From NCBI GenBank assembly GCA_964458565.1, contig CAYWJO010000055.1:1-19642 (forward strand): 19,642 bases of DNA, written 5' to 3'. The position numbers were made by a program, and so were the translations under genes. Below are positions 1 to 8,627 of this stretch, in pieces (the first letter of the stretch is position 1; every line of letters begins with the position of its first letter). The notes under the pieces were generated by a model. It saw nothing but the letters and a program-made list of their open reading frames with translations. It made no database searches and was not told the DNA's origin. Source of the DNA: an uncultured archaeon. Lineage in GTDB: Archaea; Asgardarchaeota; Thorarchaeia; Thorarchaeales; Thorarchaeaceae.

Positions 1-125
1 AACACGATACATAATGATGGTCGATACAGATTGTGTTTGATAGTAAACAATATACGCGCCCCCAACCCACTAGTGCTGTAAGGGGTTTTGCCTCTGTGAG
101 TTTTAAAGTTATTCGTAGGGTGTGA

Positions 126-677
126 TTATGTTGATACTATCTTGGTCCTAGTAGCTAAACTACTCTTCTTTCCTTTAGGTGTATATCCGCTCACCTTGAT
201 GCCCACTCTCTTGCAGACAGCATGTAATGTTGCAACAGCAAGATCAGTCCATCCCGTGATGTCTAATTGACCACACGCGGCTACACTCATGACCATCTTC
301 TTGAACTTCGTAGCCTGACTCTTAGTCTTCACTGCCCGTGCGGCATGGCAGATGATATACGACCTCTTGTGAGGATGCGTTTCTTGATAGAGGTCAACTA
401 ACCGATTGAAAGCCTCCTTTGTCCCAAGTGTACCAAGTACTTTTAGACCTACAAACCACTCCTCAATATCTCCCTTCAGCATCTTTTCACAATAGTCCAT
501 AATTTCGGGGTCCTCTCTTCTAGCAAGTTCATGAAGAATGGGTGTGCGAATGAACATGTAGAGTGAATTATTGTGTACCGAATCCCAGAGAGTATTCCTC
601 TCAAATGTAGCATAATAGGAGTCCATGACACGGAGTGAGTCATCCCTTTGGGTGAGATGGAGTATTGGAGTGGTCAT
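126..677 (-). CDS. hypothetical protein, helical (HEAT/PBS-lyase-like repeat flavour)
   Basis: ATG-initiated 183-aa ORF with TAA stop. The segment GLKVLGTLGTKEAFNRLVDLY resembles HEAT-type repeats. No family recognised with certainty. Confidence 0.5.
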   Translation of the reverse strand: MTTPILHLTQRDDSLRVMDSYYATFERNTLWDSVHNNSLYMFIRTPILHELARREDPEIMDYCEKMLKGDIEEWFVGLKVLGTLGTKEAFNRLVDLYQETHPHKRSYIICHAARAVKTKSQATKFKKMVMSVAACGQLDITGWTDLAVATLHAVCKRVGIKVSGYTPKGKKSSLATRTKIVST

Positions 678-902
678 ATAGTACCGTTAGTCAGATATCT
701 ATTAAACCCATGAGATATATTTTGAATTTTGACCTAATACCTGCTCTGTATAATTTGCTATAAGACACAAACACAGGAATAGCGGGATTCAAAAGATGTG
801 ATGTTCCACATGAAAACAGAGCTTGATAACGGAGATGTGACATAACTCTGATTTTCCAGATTGCAATACTGACAGTCATCTACTCGATTTGGATTATAGT
901 AC

Positions 903-931
903 TTGTTCACTCGATGATATCAAGTGAACAA
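903..931. repeat. perfect 9-bp inverted repeat TTGTTCACT-N11-AGTGAACAA
   Basis: Read directly: 903-911 is the reverse complement of 923-931. The 11-nt spacer contains the ATG at 914. Confidence 0.6.
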
Positions 932-1105
932 ATATCTCTTACAGTCGCCACATTGCCTTTCCTTGTCACTTTTCCGGTTGCTCTTCTTGTCGCAGTTTCC
1001 CTCGAACCGATAGTTCCCGGAGTTCTGATTGTGGATATTGTAGTGACTCTAGTAATCGGTATACTTCTATTTGTTAGATGGGTAATGGCAATTGTGGGTG
1101 AATAA
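914..1105 (+). CDS. small hydrophobic protein (about 2 predicted TM helices), hypothetical
   Basis: 63-aa ATG ORF with TAA stop, very hydrophobic (LPFLVTFPVALLVAV..., GVLIVDIVVTLVIGILLFV). No obvious SD. Could be spurious. Confidence 0.35.
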   Translation: MISSEQISLTVATLPFLVTFPVALLVAVSLEPIVPGVLIVDIVVTLVIGILLFVRWVMAIVGE

Positions 1106-1123
1106 AATCAGCTAGCTTTCTAT

Positions 1124-1282
1124 TCAGCTCTTCTTTCGTTTGAACTCGGTATACCCGCAGCGTCCACAGGCAAAGCGATTGAAATGCTCTGCCATGAATG
1201 TCCCCTTCTCACATCTAGGACATGGTTTTTTATCAGTTGAAACCTTGCCACCCTTATCCACTTTGTAGTATTTATGTGACAT
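1124..1282 (-). CDS. rps27ae: ribosomal protein eS31 (S27ae), zinc-ribbon
   Basis: Hand translation gives [52 protein letters not shown] plus TGA. It has the CPRC...CGRC ribbon typical of archaeal S27ae. At 52 aa it is absent from the ORF track. It sits directly after S24e, as in the conserved archaeal cluster. Confidence 0.85.
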   Translation of the reverse strand: MSHKYYKVDKGGKVSTDKKPCPRCEKGTFMAEHFNRFACGRCGYTEFKRKKS

Positions 1283-1582
1283 TTAGGATTCCTCTCCTTT
1301 CTTTTTGGTTTCATGACGCTTTAGAACATAATCTCGCTCAATTCGCTTCATGTGCTCAATATCACTGTAGATTCGAGCAGTTCCTTCGGTGATACCAATT
1401 CCAAATTTAGTTTCAAGCCTCCTGACCACTACAGATTCTGAATCAGCATCAAACTGAGCACCAATCTTTGCTTGTATGTCGCTTCTGCTTGGTGTAGTGC
1501 TTCCGGTATGATTGACTCGAAAATCAATCTCCTTCCGAAAGAGCGTCTTATTTTCTATCTCGTTTAGAATCTCAATATTCAT
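1283..1582 (-). CDS. rps24e: ribosomal protein eS24 (S24e)
   Basis: MNIEILNEIENKTLFRKEIDFRVNHTGSTTPSRSDIQAKIG... matches the S24e pattern. I prefer the ATG at 1582; the track's longer ORF starts at 1618 (TTG). TAA stop at 1283-1285. Confidence 0.9.
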   Translation of the reverse strand: MNIEILNEIENKTLFRKEIDFRVNHTGSTTPSRSDIQAKIGAQFDADSESVVVRRLETKFGIGITEGTARIYSDIEHMKRIERDYVLKRHETKKKGEES

Positions 1583-1671
1583 TGGTATCACTCTTGCTTT
1601 GAGTGTTGTATAGGTCAAGCCAGCGAATCGACCTGTAGTGCGTTAATAAAGCTTTCACCACAGACACAATA

Positions 1672-1884
1672 TCATCTGACTTTTAGAGCATATTTTCCTG
1701 GTTTGTCGATGTTCAAACGCTCAGCAATGTACGAAGTCTTTCTAGGGTCTTCATGTGGATTTCTACCGGGGAGAACAACTACAATTCCAGTGTAGCTCGT
1801 ACTAAGGTTGGTACTCTTGCAATTTGGACACTGATTTTCTGCAGTAAGGTAGTGACACTCTCTGCAAGCTTTTGGTCTGGCCAT
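1672..1884 (-). CDS. spt4: transcription elongation factor Spt4 (RpoE'')
   Basis: 70 aa with a CxxC...CxxC zinc ribbon (CRECHYLTAENQCPNC) and a ...PGKYALKV C-terminus. Located just downstream of rpo7, as is typical. Confidence 0.85.
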   Translation of the reverse strand: MARPKACRECHYLTAENQCPNCKSTNLSTSYTGIVVVLPGRNPHEDPRKTSYIAERLNIDKPGKYALKVR

Positions 1885-1898
1885 AGTATAAATCTCCT

Positions 1899-2492
1899 CT
1901 ATTCCTTCTTCTTACCCTTCTTTGCTTCCCCACGAGCTGATCTCACATCATCTTCAACCCACGACATATCTGGACCTACTTTGCCAAGGAAGGGCTGTCG
2001 CATTGTAAGTCCGAGTTTTCCGGATCTATTTCCTGATTCAAAGCTGATTGAGGTTATCCTTGCTCGCACTTGGTCTCCCTCGGAAAGAATTCTACCTGTT
2101 TCCTTCCCGAGTAGAGCATTTCCTTTTGGATCCTGGGTGATGAAATCATCACAGATTTGACTCACATGACAAAGTCCGTCAAGGGGACCCATTCGGATAA
2201 AGGCACCAAAGTCCATCAGTTCGACAACATTACCTTCAATGATCTCTCCTCTGATAGGTTTGAAAACAAGAACCTGATAGACAACAGAGTGGTATGTTGC
2301 ACCATCACCAGGCATCAAACGTCCCTGTCCTATCTCTTCTATTCCAATTACAGCAATCATGAGTCCGATATCCCGGTCTAGTACATTCTCACTAGCCTTG
2401 CGTAGGTGCGAAATTGCAGCCTTCTCTAGTGGCTCTCCAAATTCTGTTGGGGGTACTCTTACGATATCTCGAACTGTGACAATACTATACAT
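1899..2492 (-). CDS. rpo7: DNA-directed RNA polymerase subunit Rpo7 (RpoE')
   Basis: 197 aa. The N-terminal Rpo7 fold (MYSIVTVRDIVRVPPTEFG) is followed by an S1 domain (GEIIEGNVVELMDFGAFIRMGPLDGLCHVSQI). Confidence 0.9.
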   Translation of the reverse strand: MYSIVTVRDIVRVPPTEFGEPLEKAAISHLRKASENVLDRDIGLMIAVIGIEEIGQGRLMPGDGATYHSVVYQVLVFKPIRGEIIEGNVVELMDFGAFIRMGPLDGLCHVSQICDDFITQDPKGNALLGKETGRILSEGDQVRARITSISFESGNRSGKLGLTMRQPFLGKVGPDMSWVEDDVRSARGEAKKGKKKE

Positions 2493-2638
2493 GTGCAGAA
2501 GCTCCTTGACTGATAAGACAGCTTTAGAACAATCGACATCAGGAACAAGGCCTAATGGTTGAACACGACGGCTCAGCGCAAATGGCTTTGAGTGAACATA
2601 AAAAGATTGCTTATTGTATCATTTTTTGACAAAAACAA

Positions 2639-3043
2639 TTAGGGACTGGCTCCTTCAAGCATCAATCTTTTCTTCCCCCGTAACATGAGCACAGATATTC
2701 CTCTATCACGGGCACGTTTTTTCAGTTCTTTATCATTGGTTGCGAGTATGTGTCCTGTTCCAGTAAGGTACTCTAAGACTTCATCATCTACAGATAATCC
2801 CTGCATGGTTGATTCATACTCTATTACTTGACATCTATCGATGAAATCTTTTGCAATTCTGAACCAGCGTCTTTCAGTCGCGCTAGCTTTCTCTGACAGG
2901 GTTTCTATCTCGGAAACAACACTAGAGAGTATCTCAAACCTTACGCTTCTCTCAAGGACTGCTTCTGCTTGTGTGAAAATATCTATTCCGAACTGAGCTG
3001 GTACTACAATGAAGTTTGTATCAATGACAACTGTTACAGGCAC
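2639..3043 (-). CDS. PIN-domain ribonuclease, Fcf1/Utp24-like
   Basis: GTG start. VVIDTNFIV N-terminal acidic motif and ATNDKELKKRARDRGISVLMLR C-terminal motif. Conserved position between aIF2-gamma and rpo7. Confidence 0.8.
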   Translation of the reverse strand: MPVTVVIDTNFIVVPAQFGIDIFTQAEAVLERSVRFEILSSVVSEIETLSEKASATERRWFRIAKDFIDRCQVIEYESTMQGLSVDDEVLEYLTGTGHILATNDKELKKRARDRGISVLMLRGKKRLMLEGASP

Positions 3044-3080
3044 TTAATTTCACACGCTTCCAATCTAACAACTGGAGATT

Positions 3081-4319
3081 TTATATTTCAGCATATCCAA
3101 TAAGACGCCATTTGTTTTCAACGCGTCGCCCAATAGCAATTCTTTGTCCCTTTTCAGCTGCGACAGGTCGTTTTAGAGCCATCTCTATCTCATCACCGTG
3201 GAGTCTTGTGATGACTCCAACAGTTGGTGCTGTACCAACCACCAGCATGAGTGGTTCTTTGAGTTTGAGGTTTTCTACTTCCTGCTTCGACTCGATTCCA
3301 ACAACCCTCTGCATAAGAATTGGTTTCACCATTAGTGTTTCGATAGACTTGGGCATTTTTCCGACCTTTCCAACAACGTTCCCTACCAAGCGGTCAGCTC
3401 TGGTTGATGCTGGATCAAGTCCTGTACCAACTCCAATTAATCCACCTGGAAATGCTTCATCGAGCATGTTTCCACTACCGGAGAGTAAGCTTGTAATTTT
3501 CGCCCGTATTGGTATGAAGCCCTTGTCAGTTTTCTGACCCGGTGCAATCTCTATCTCATCATCAACTTTCAGCTTTCCTTGAATTATTGACCCACCAACA
3601 ACTCCACCCTGCATATTTAGAGGTAATGTCCCTGGTTTGTTGATGTCAAAGGACCTTGCTACAAACATCTTTGGAGGTGCTTCTTCATCTCTATCTGGTG
3701 TAGGAATGATTTGTTCAATCGTCTGGATTAACAAGTCGATGTTGGCTCCAAATACAGCTGATACTGGAATGATAGGAGCACCCTCTGCAGTTGTGTCTTT
3801 CACAAAATCCTTGATTTGCTGATAGTGCTTTTGAGCCTGTTCTACACTGACGAGTTCGATTTTGTTTTGGATTATTACAATATTCTTTACACCCACAATC
3901 TCCAGCGCTCTGAGATGTTCGGAGGTCTGCGGCATAGGGCATGGTTCGTTTGCTGCAATGACTAATATTGCGCCATCCATCAGACTAGCACCGCTAAGGC
4001 AGGTCGCCATAAGTGACTCGTGACCCGGACTGTCTACAAAGGAAATTTCTCTTAATTTTTCAAGTTCGCCTCCACACTTGGCACATTTTCCATCTTTAGC
4101 TAGATGGGATGTAGTATACCCCTCCGGATCGGGGCACTTCTTACACTTCAAAAGTGTCGTTGCTGCATAACCCAGTCTGATCGAGATGCCTCGCTTAATT
4201 TCATCTGAGTGTCTATCGGTCCAATCTCCTGTTAAATATTCTACCAGAGTTGTCTTTCCGTGGTCAACATGACCCAGAGTTCCAATGCTTACTTCGGATT
4301 GTCCTTCGTACTTGGTCAC
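3081..4319 (-). CDS. eif2g: translation initiation factor aIF2 gamma subunit
   Basis: 412 aa. GTPase motifs GHVDHGKTT, DSPGH and NKIE, plus a zinc knuckle (CKKC...CAKC). GTG start at 4317-4319 is the only start upstream of the G1 motif. Confidence 0.95.
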   Translation of the reverse strand: MTKYEGQSEVSIGTLGHVDHGKTTLVEYLTGDWTDRHSDEIKRGISIRLGYAATTLLKCKKCPDPEGYTTSHLAKDGKCAKCGGELEKLREISFVDSPGHESLMATCLSGASLMDGAILVIAANEPCPMPQTSEHLRALEIVGVKNIVIIQNKIELVSVEQAQKHYQQIKDFVKDTTAEGAPIIPVSAVFGANIDLLIQTIEQIIPTPDRDEEAPPKMFVARSFDINKPGTLPLNMQGGVVGGSIIQGKLKVDDEIEIAPGQKTDKGFIPIRAKITSLLSGSGNMLDEAFPGGLIGVGTGLDPASTRADRLVGNVVGKVGKMPKSIETLMVKPILMQRVVGIESKQEVENLKLKEPLMLVVGTAPTVGVITRLHGDEIEMALKRPVAAEKGQRIAIGRRVENKWRLIGYAEI

Positions 4320-4421
4320 CTAGTCTTCACTCCCAAGTGTGGCTTAGTGAGTTAGATTTGAGCAGAAAACTAGTCCTAATGAAGTATATGGTCTAAACCT
4401 CAGGGGCTGTTTCTGTGTTTG

Positions 4422-4805
4422 CTATGCTGCTTTAACAATAAGCTCTTCGAGAGGAGTGCTACCTTTCTCCTCAACACGCATATTGACCTGAGCAATTTCA
4501 AGGCTGAGTTCTCGACCGCGAACGGTCTTCCTTTGCGCAATACCTTTTCTGTCTGGTCTGAATCCGGGTGGTCCTTTAATCAGAACCCTTTTCTTCCCAC
4601 TACCATGTACATCTGGGCGAATGGGAAAACCAGATGAATCACTTCCTCCGGTTATCTTGAGCTTGTAGCCGGGTAGGCCTATCAAATCACCTTGAATGAT
4701 GTCTCCTACTTTTTTGCCCACAAGTGCATTGGTCTTAACATCATCCAGCTCGTACTGAACTGCTTTTCCCTCTTCAGGGTCCGAAATTGCTAGCTTAAAC
4801 GGCAA
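4422..4805 (-). CDS. rps6e: ribosomal protein eS6 (S6e)
   Basis: 127 aa; PFKLAISDPEEGKAVQYEL...GFPIRPDVHG is the S6e signature. TTG start at 4803-4805 is immediately preceded by an in-frame TAG. Confidence 0.9.
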   Translation of the reverse strand: MPFKLAISDPEEGKAVQYELDDVKTNALVGKKVGDIIQGDLIGLPGYKLKITGGSDSSGFPIRPDVHGSGKKRVLIKGPPGFRPDRKGIAQRKTVRGRELSLEIAQVNMRVEEKGSTPLEELIVKAA

Positions 4806-4938
4806 CTATGCTTCGCCTACCTAATGTTGTAGTTGCTGTCCAGAAATTGGACAACGCGGTAGCGAGTTGGGCTGACTTTATGAGGATTGCGGTCGGGTCG
4901 CACAGTCCTTCAATTGCGATAGTCGCCTGTTACATAAC

Positions 4939-4947
4939 CATTATAAC
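4939..4947 (+). promoter_or_regulatory. candidate TATA box for the M50 protease gene
   Basis: ATTATAACC lies about 50 nt upstream of the ATG at 4994. GGAG at 4982-4985 sits 8 nt before that ATG. Motif-level call only. Confidence 0.25.
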
Positions 4948-4993
4948 CTATTCAAGGGTCCGACGTTTAGACGCCAAATACGGAGCGAGCATC

Positions 4994-6163
4994 ATGGATC
5001 CACTGACTGTACTTATGATTATTGCCGGAATCTACCTTTTGATCTATATCGTCGCCCAAGCTATTGGGATTGAAAAGCTTGGCGAGAGAGGAATAGATGC
5101 GGGATTTCCGTTCTTCTTGATGATACGTACCGAACGTCTGAATTCGTTTCTAACTAGAATGGGTAAGAAGTTTCCAAAGGCTTTCTTCAATGTTGGAATT
5201 GTTGTTTCCTTTGGTGGAATGATATTCGGATTTTGGTTACTCCTCGATAACTTCATCAAATTCTTTGTACAAACAGATGCTGCTGGTGGAATCATTCCAG
5301 TGATTCCTGGAGTCACTATTACCGGATTGCCTCTAGTATACCTTCTCATTGGTCTCGCAGTCACTCTTATCACACATGAATTCGCACACGGTCTCGCGGC
5401 ATCACGAGATGATATTCCAATAAAGAGTTCAGGCCTCCTTTTCTTCTATGTACTCTTCGGAGGTTTTGTCGAACCCGATGAAGAAGCATTTGAAACCCAG
5501 GCCACTCCTAGACAGAGGATGCGGTTACTCGCTGCTGGTTCCTATGCAAACCTGATTTGGGGCTTCATATTCTTCTTACTCATTGCGAACTTCAGTAGCT
5601 TAATGTCAATTGGTTTCAATCAACCAAATGGTGCATTCATCTATGATATTGCCGCAGACACACCTGCCTCTCAAGCTCTTCAGATTGGAGATGTTATCAT
5701 AGGTATCAATGAAACAGATATTGATACTTGGTACAGTGTCAGTCTCTTCATGGCAGATGCTCCTGCAGATTCACTAATAACGGTCCATACACTCGATGGA
5801 TCTGTGAATATAACGCTTGCAGGGAATCCGGCGAATGCGTCGCGGGGGTATATTGGAGTATTTGGAGCGGATTATTGGGAACCGAAAGCAGGATGGGAAT
5901 GGATTCCTGGAGGTCCAATGTACGCATTCCATGTGTCCCAGATTCTCACATGGTGCTTCATTATTCTGATTTCCATTGCTATTTTCAATCTCCTGCCTAT
6001 TCCTGTCTTTGATGGGGATAAACTGCTATCCAATGGTCTCAGTCTCATCACCGATAATGAAAAGAAGATCAAAATGGTCATGTGGCCTGCGCGTATCCTA
6101 TCGATAGTCATAGTACTTGGAAGTATAATTCTATCTTTGATTACAGGTAAAGGCCTGTTTTAG
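4994..6163 (+). CDS. site-2 protease family (M50) zinc metalloprotease with PDZ domain
   Basis: HEFAHG (HExxH) in a TM segment, NLLPIPVFDGDKL (NxxPxxxxDG), a PDZ-like block (IGDVIIGINETDIDTW) and multiple TM helices. Start placed at ATG 4994; the track ORF from 4808 would begin 2 nt from the divergent S6e start. Confidence 0.85.
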   Translation: MDPLTVLMIIAGIYLLIYIVAQAIGIEKLGERGIDAGFPFFLMIRTERLNSFLTRMGKKFPKAFFNVGIVVSFGGMIFGFWLLLDNFIKFFVQTDAAGGIIPVIPGVTITGLPLVYLLIGLAVTLITHEFAHGLAASRDDIPIKSSGLLFFYVLFGGFVEPDEEAFETQATPRQRMRLLAAGSYANLIWGFIFFLLIANFSSLMSIGFNQPNGAFIYDIAADTPASQALQIGDVIIGINETDIDTWYSVSLFMADAPADSLITVHTLDGSVNITLAGNPANASRGYIGVFGADYWEPKAGWEWIPGGPMYAFHVSQILTWCFIILISIAIFNLLPIPVFDGDKLLSNGLSLITDNEKKIKMVMWPARILSIVIVLGSIILSLITGKGLF

Positions 6164-6180
6164 TAGAGATTCACCATGAT

Positions 6181-6203
6181 ATGGCTCAGTTTGAGCCATT
6201 TTC
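6181..6203 (+). terminator. hairpin plus T-tract downstream of the M50 gene
   Basis: ATGGCTCA-gtt-TGAGCCAT is a perfect 8-bp stem, followed by TTTTCATCTTT, 18 nt after the stop at 6163. Confidence 0.35.
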
Positions 6204-6253
6204 ATCTTTATCGGAGTTAAATAGGCACAAAAAACACCATATTTGGACCTAAG

Positions 6254-6670
6254 ATGATGACTAAGCATATTGGCACAAAGGATGAGGTTCGTGAAAAAGC
6301 TAGAAGAGCACTCACTGACTATCTTAAGATGTATATCCCGCAGTCTTGGGATGTGCCACTCGAGAAGATGAGATTAATACTCCTTTCAAATGGCGACATT
6401 GACTGGGAAGCCCTCAAAGGACATGCATTACAATTCTTCGATGAGCGTCGCCTCGCTGAAGATCGTGTAGAGACCCTTTCCTGCATTGATCGGTTAGGTG
6501 AATCTTTCAAGGAGATTTTTTCAGTAATATCCCCTGCTGAGTGGTACAAGACAGTAGAAGAGATATTCTTAGCAGTAAATTTCCGAACTCACAAAATTGC
6601 TGTACAAAAAAGACCAGATCCAATCATGAGTGAGCTAATAACTGTCAAAGAGGATCCTAAGAAGCGGTGA
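6254..6670 (+). CDS. hypothetical protein (138 aa to the first TGA)
   Basis: ATG ORF with a plausible protein-like sequence and no recognised domain. The frame continues open after the TGA (see findings). Confidence 0.55.
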   Translation: MMTKHIGTKDEVREKARRALTDYLKMYIPQSWDVPLEKMRLILLSNGDIDWEALKGHALQFFDERRLAEDRVETLSCIDRLGESFKEIFSVISPAEWYKTVEEIFLAVNFRTHKIAVQKRPDPIMSELITVKEDPKKR

Positions 6671-6889
6671 TATCGAAGATACGAAGGAATTGCAGGAATA
6701 GAGATTCCCGAGATTGAATCCTTCGATGTTCGAACTTTCCTTCAACGCATAGATGACAATTCCATTTCTTATGTAGAGAGTGCAGCAGAACTTGGTATGA
6801 GAGAAAATGCCGTAAATGTGATGAAAGAGAGTATTCTCATTGGAACTGTCTACACTTGGCTTCAAGAGCATACTGGAATTGAAGTCCAT
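6671..6889 (+). CDS. 73 sense codons continuing the frame of 6254-6670 with no ATG/GTG/TTG start; HTH-like segment
   Basis: Translates to YRRYEGIAGIEIPEIESFDVRTFLQRIDDNSISYVESAAELGMRENAVNVMKESILIGTVYTWLQEHTGIEVH, then TAG at 6890-6892. The first canonical in-frame start is ATG 6797. The opposite-strand shadow ORF (6635-6889) is also open. Confidence 0.35.
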
Positions 6890-6983
6890 TAGTTTGAGAG
6901 GATGATTGAAGAAATCAAGGACCTTCTAGAGACGAATAAGAATTCTTAACTGATAGCACCATCAGTTCAAGATTGAGTCTAAA

Positions 6984-7910
6984 ATGGAAACTAAATGCAC
7001 AAAATGCGATGAACCTGCAGTATATCTTCGAAGATATACAGCTGAAATGTTGTGCAAAGGATGTTTAGTCAAAACTAGCTTAGACCGAGTACGTAGAACC
7101 ATCAATAAAAATCAGATGCTCAAAGACGATGACCGAATTGCGGTAGCAATCTCCGGGGGCAAGGACAGTGCTGTGCTCTTCGATATAATCTGCAACATCG
7201 AGAGTGCATATCCCCGTTCTGAAGTAGTGCCTTTTACTATTGATGAAGGTATTGAAGGATACCGTGACAAGGCTCTGGAAGCAGCAAAGTGTCTAGTAAA
7301 AGACCGTGGCATGAAACTCGAAATCAGGTCTTTCAAAGATTATTTTGGCCAATCATTGGATGAGATAGTCAAACATAGATATGAATCAAATTTTGGCGCT
7401 TGTTCGTATTGTGGTGTTCTTAGACGACGTGCTATGAACGATGCAGCATTAGAGATTGAAGCTGATGTTGTCGCTACTGGTCATATTATGGACGATGAAT
7501 CCCAGACGGTGATAATGAACATCATGCGAGGCGATAGCAAAAGAATTGCTCGCAGTAATCGATCCAGGTCACACCCTATTCCTGGATTTGTCCCACGAAT
7601 CAAACCGATTATGGAACTATCTGAGCGAGATGTAGTTGCATACGCTCATCATCTCGAGTTACCTTATCATGACATTCCATGTCCCTACGCTTCTGAAGCA
7701 TATAGAACTGACCTTCGTCTATTCTTGAATGAAATGGAACATAAGCGTCCAGGAACACTTCTAGCTATCTTGCGATCAGCCGAAGATATTGTAGATGCAT
7801 TTCAACATGTTCAAGACTCATCAAAAATCAATCATTGCGAAAGATGTGGTTCTCCTACATCACTGAAGATTTGTAAGACCTGTTCACTTCTGGATGAGAT
7901 TCAGGGGTAA
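6984..7910 (+). CDS. ncsA: tRNA 2-thiolation PP-loop ATPase, NcsA/TtuA/Ncs6 family
   Basis: PP-loop AISGGKDS. N-terminal CxxC...CxxC and C-terminal CxxC...CxxC zinc fingers. Fe-S ligand cysteines GACSYCGVLRR and PCPY. Confidence 0.85.
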   Translation: METKCTKCDEPAVYLRRYTAEMLCKGCLVKTSLDRVRRTINKNQMLKDDDRIAVAISGGKDSAVLFDIICNIESAYPRSEVVPFTIDEGIEGYRDKALEAAKCLVKDRGMKLEIRSFKDYFGQSLDEIVKHRYESNFGACSYCGVLRRRAMNDAALEIEADVVATGHIMDDESQTVIMNIMRGDSKRIARSNRSRSHPIPGFVPRIKPIMELSERDVVAYAHHLELPYHDIPCPYASEAYRTDLRLFLNEMEHKRPGTLLAILRSAEDIVDAFQHVQDSSKINHCERCGSPTSLKICKTCSLLDEIQG

Positions 7911-7915
7911 GAACC

Positions 7916-8617
7916 ATGGCGAAGAAGCCTGAGACTCTGCATGAATCAAGACAAGTCGAGTATGATTCACAACACTGGAAGTTATTGCAGCATCTAAGAA
8001 AAAAAGCCGAAGATTTTCTTGAACGATTAGAATCTGCAGGCATAAGGGCGATGATTTACGGTTCCATAGCCCGTGGGGACATAACAAAATCTTCTGATAT
8101 TGATATCGTAATTCCATATCCTATTGCTAGCTATAAGGTTGAGCTGTCAGTAGGGCAAGGTCTAAAGAGAGAACTCGTTCAGGCAACTCCCTCAATGGTC
8201 TTGAAAGGTCATATCCATCTTCAAAATGATATAACAGTAAGTTTTCCTCTATTCAAACTACGACCCAGAGAAGAGGAGTTTTATCGTTGGGGTGGTCAGC
8301 TGAATCTAGAACAATTACGATTAAATCAACGAGTACCTGGGGTCGATAAAAGACTACTTCTAATAGTACCAACCCAAACAGGTCATATTGAACGAGGCGT
8401 CATAGGGCATGAGTCAGAAATAGCAAAAATTGTTGGAGTCGGAGTTGGTCTTGCGCAAGAACGGGTAAGAGTTCTTACAAGACGTGATACAGTTGGAAGA
8501 ACAGGTGTATATCTAACAAGGACTTTAGGTCCTGATGAGAGCTTTGAAGAGGTCGCAAAATCTCTACAAGATGGCGACCCTGCACTGCGTAGAACAATTG
8601 ATCGAAGAACAAAATGA
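7916..8617 (+). CDS. Pol-beta superfamily (minimal) nucleotidyltransferase with uncharacterised C-terminal domain
   Basis: YGSIARGD-x8-DIDIVI is the GS-x-x-RG...DxD NTase motif. ATG lies 5 nt after the ncsA stop, with AGGGGT 7 nt upstream. Confidence 0.75.
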   Translation: MAKKPETLHESRQVEYDSQHWKLLQHLRKKAEDFLERLESAGIRAMIYGSIARGDITKSSDIDIVIPYPIASYKVELSVGQGLKRELVQATPSMVLKGHIHLQNDITVSFPLFKLRPREEEFYRWGGQLNLEQLRLNQRVPGVDKRLLLIVPTQTGHIERGVIGHESEIAKIVGVGVGLAQERVRVLTRRDTVGRTGVYLTRTLGPDESFEEVAKSLQDGDPALRRTIDRRTK

Positions 8618-8627
8618 GGTATCATTG

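Noticed and set aside
691-879. 62-aa minus-strand ORF in the 678-913 intergenic region
   Set aside because: No SD and no recognisable features. It sits where the promoters of two divergent genes are expected. Treated as a chance ORF.
1120-1314. 64-aa ORF from the track ([13 protein letters not shown]...)
   Set aside because: It is the wrong frame of the same strand over the S27ae gene and it runs into the S24e 3' end. The zinc-ribbon S27ae frame (1124-1282) explains the region.
3112-3942. ORFs antisense to or out of frame within aIF2-gamma (3112-3537 +, 3637-3822 +, 3715-3942 -)
   Set aside because: These are shadow ORFs inside a highly conserved gene, with low-complexity Ser/Pro/Thr-rich translations. 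The same logic rejects 1753-2160, 2157-2381, 2359-2562, 5044-5373, 5728-6012, 5872-6111, 6319-6549, 7112-7336, 9050-9343, 11387-11735, 12086-12295, 12570-12854, 13014-13493, 15304-15558, 16216-16452, 16890-17391, 17670-17861 and 18907-19191.
4808-4993. Upstream ATG 4808 as the M50 protease start
   Set aside because: It would place two divergent starts 2 nt apart (S6e TTG at 4805), leaving no promoter space. ATG 4994 has GGAG 8 nt upstream, a TATA-like element about 50 nt upstream, and begins directly at the first TM helix.
6668-6670. Selenocysteine or genome-wide UGA reassignment as the explanation for the in-frame TGA
   Set aside because: TGA is the plausible stop of S27ae, Spt4, the NTase and the DUF1512-like gene in this same window, so no global recoding. 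The KKR-TGA-YRR context has no redox CxxU-type motif, and I saw no convincing SECIS-like hairpin downstream. This cannot be fully excluded without a search.
8535-8627. ATG 8535 (or 8571) as the radical SAM start
   Set aside because: It would overlap the NTase gene by 47-83 nt. GTG 8628 has a GAGGT SD at ideal spacing and lies just after the NTase stop. The end coordinate is unaffected.
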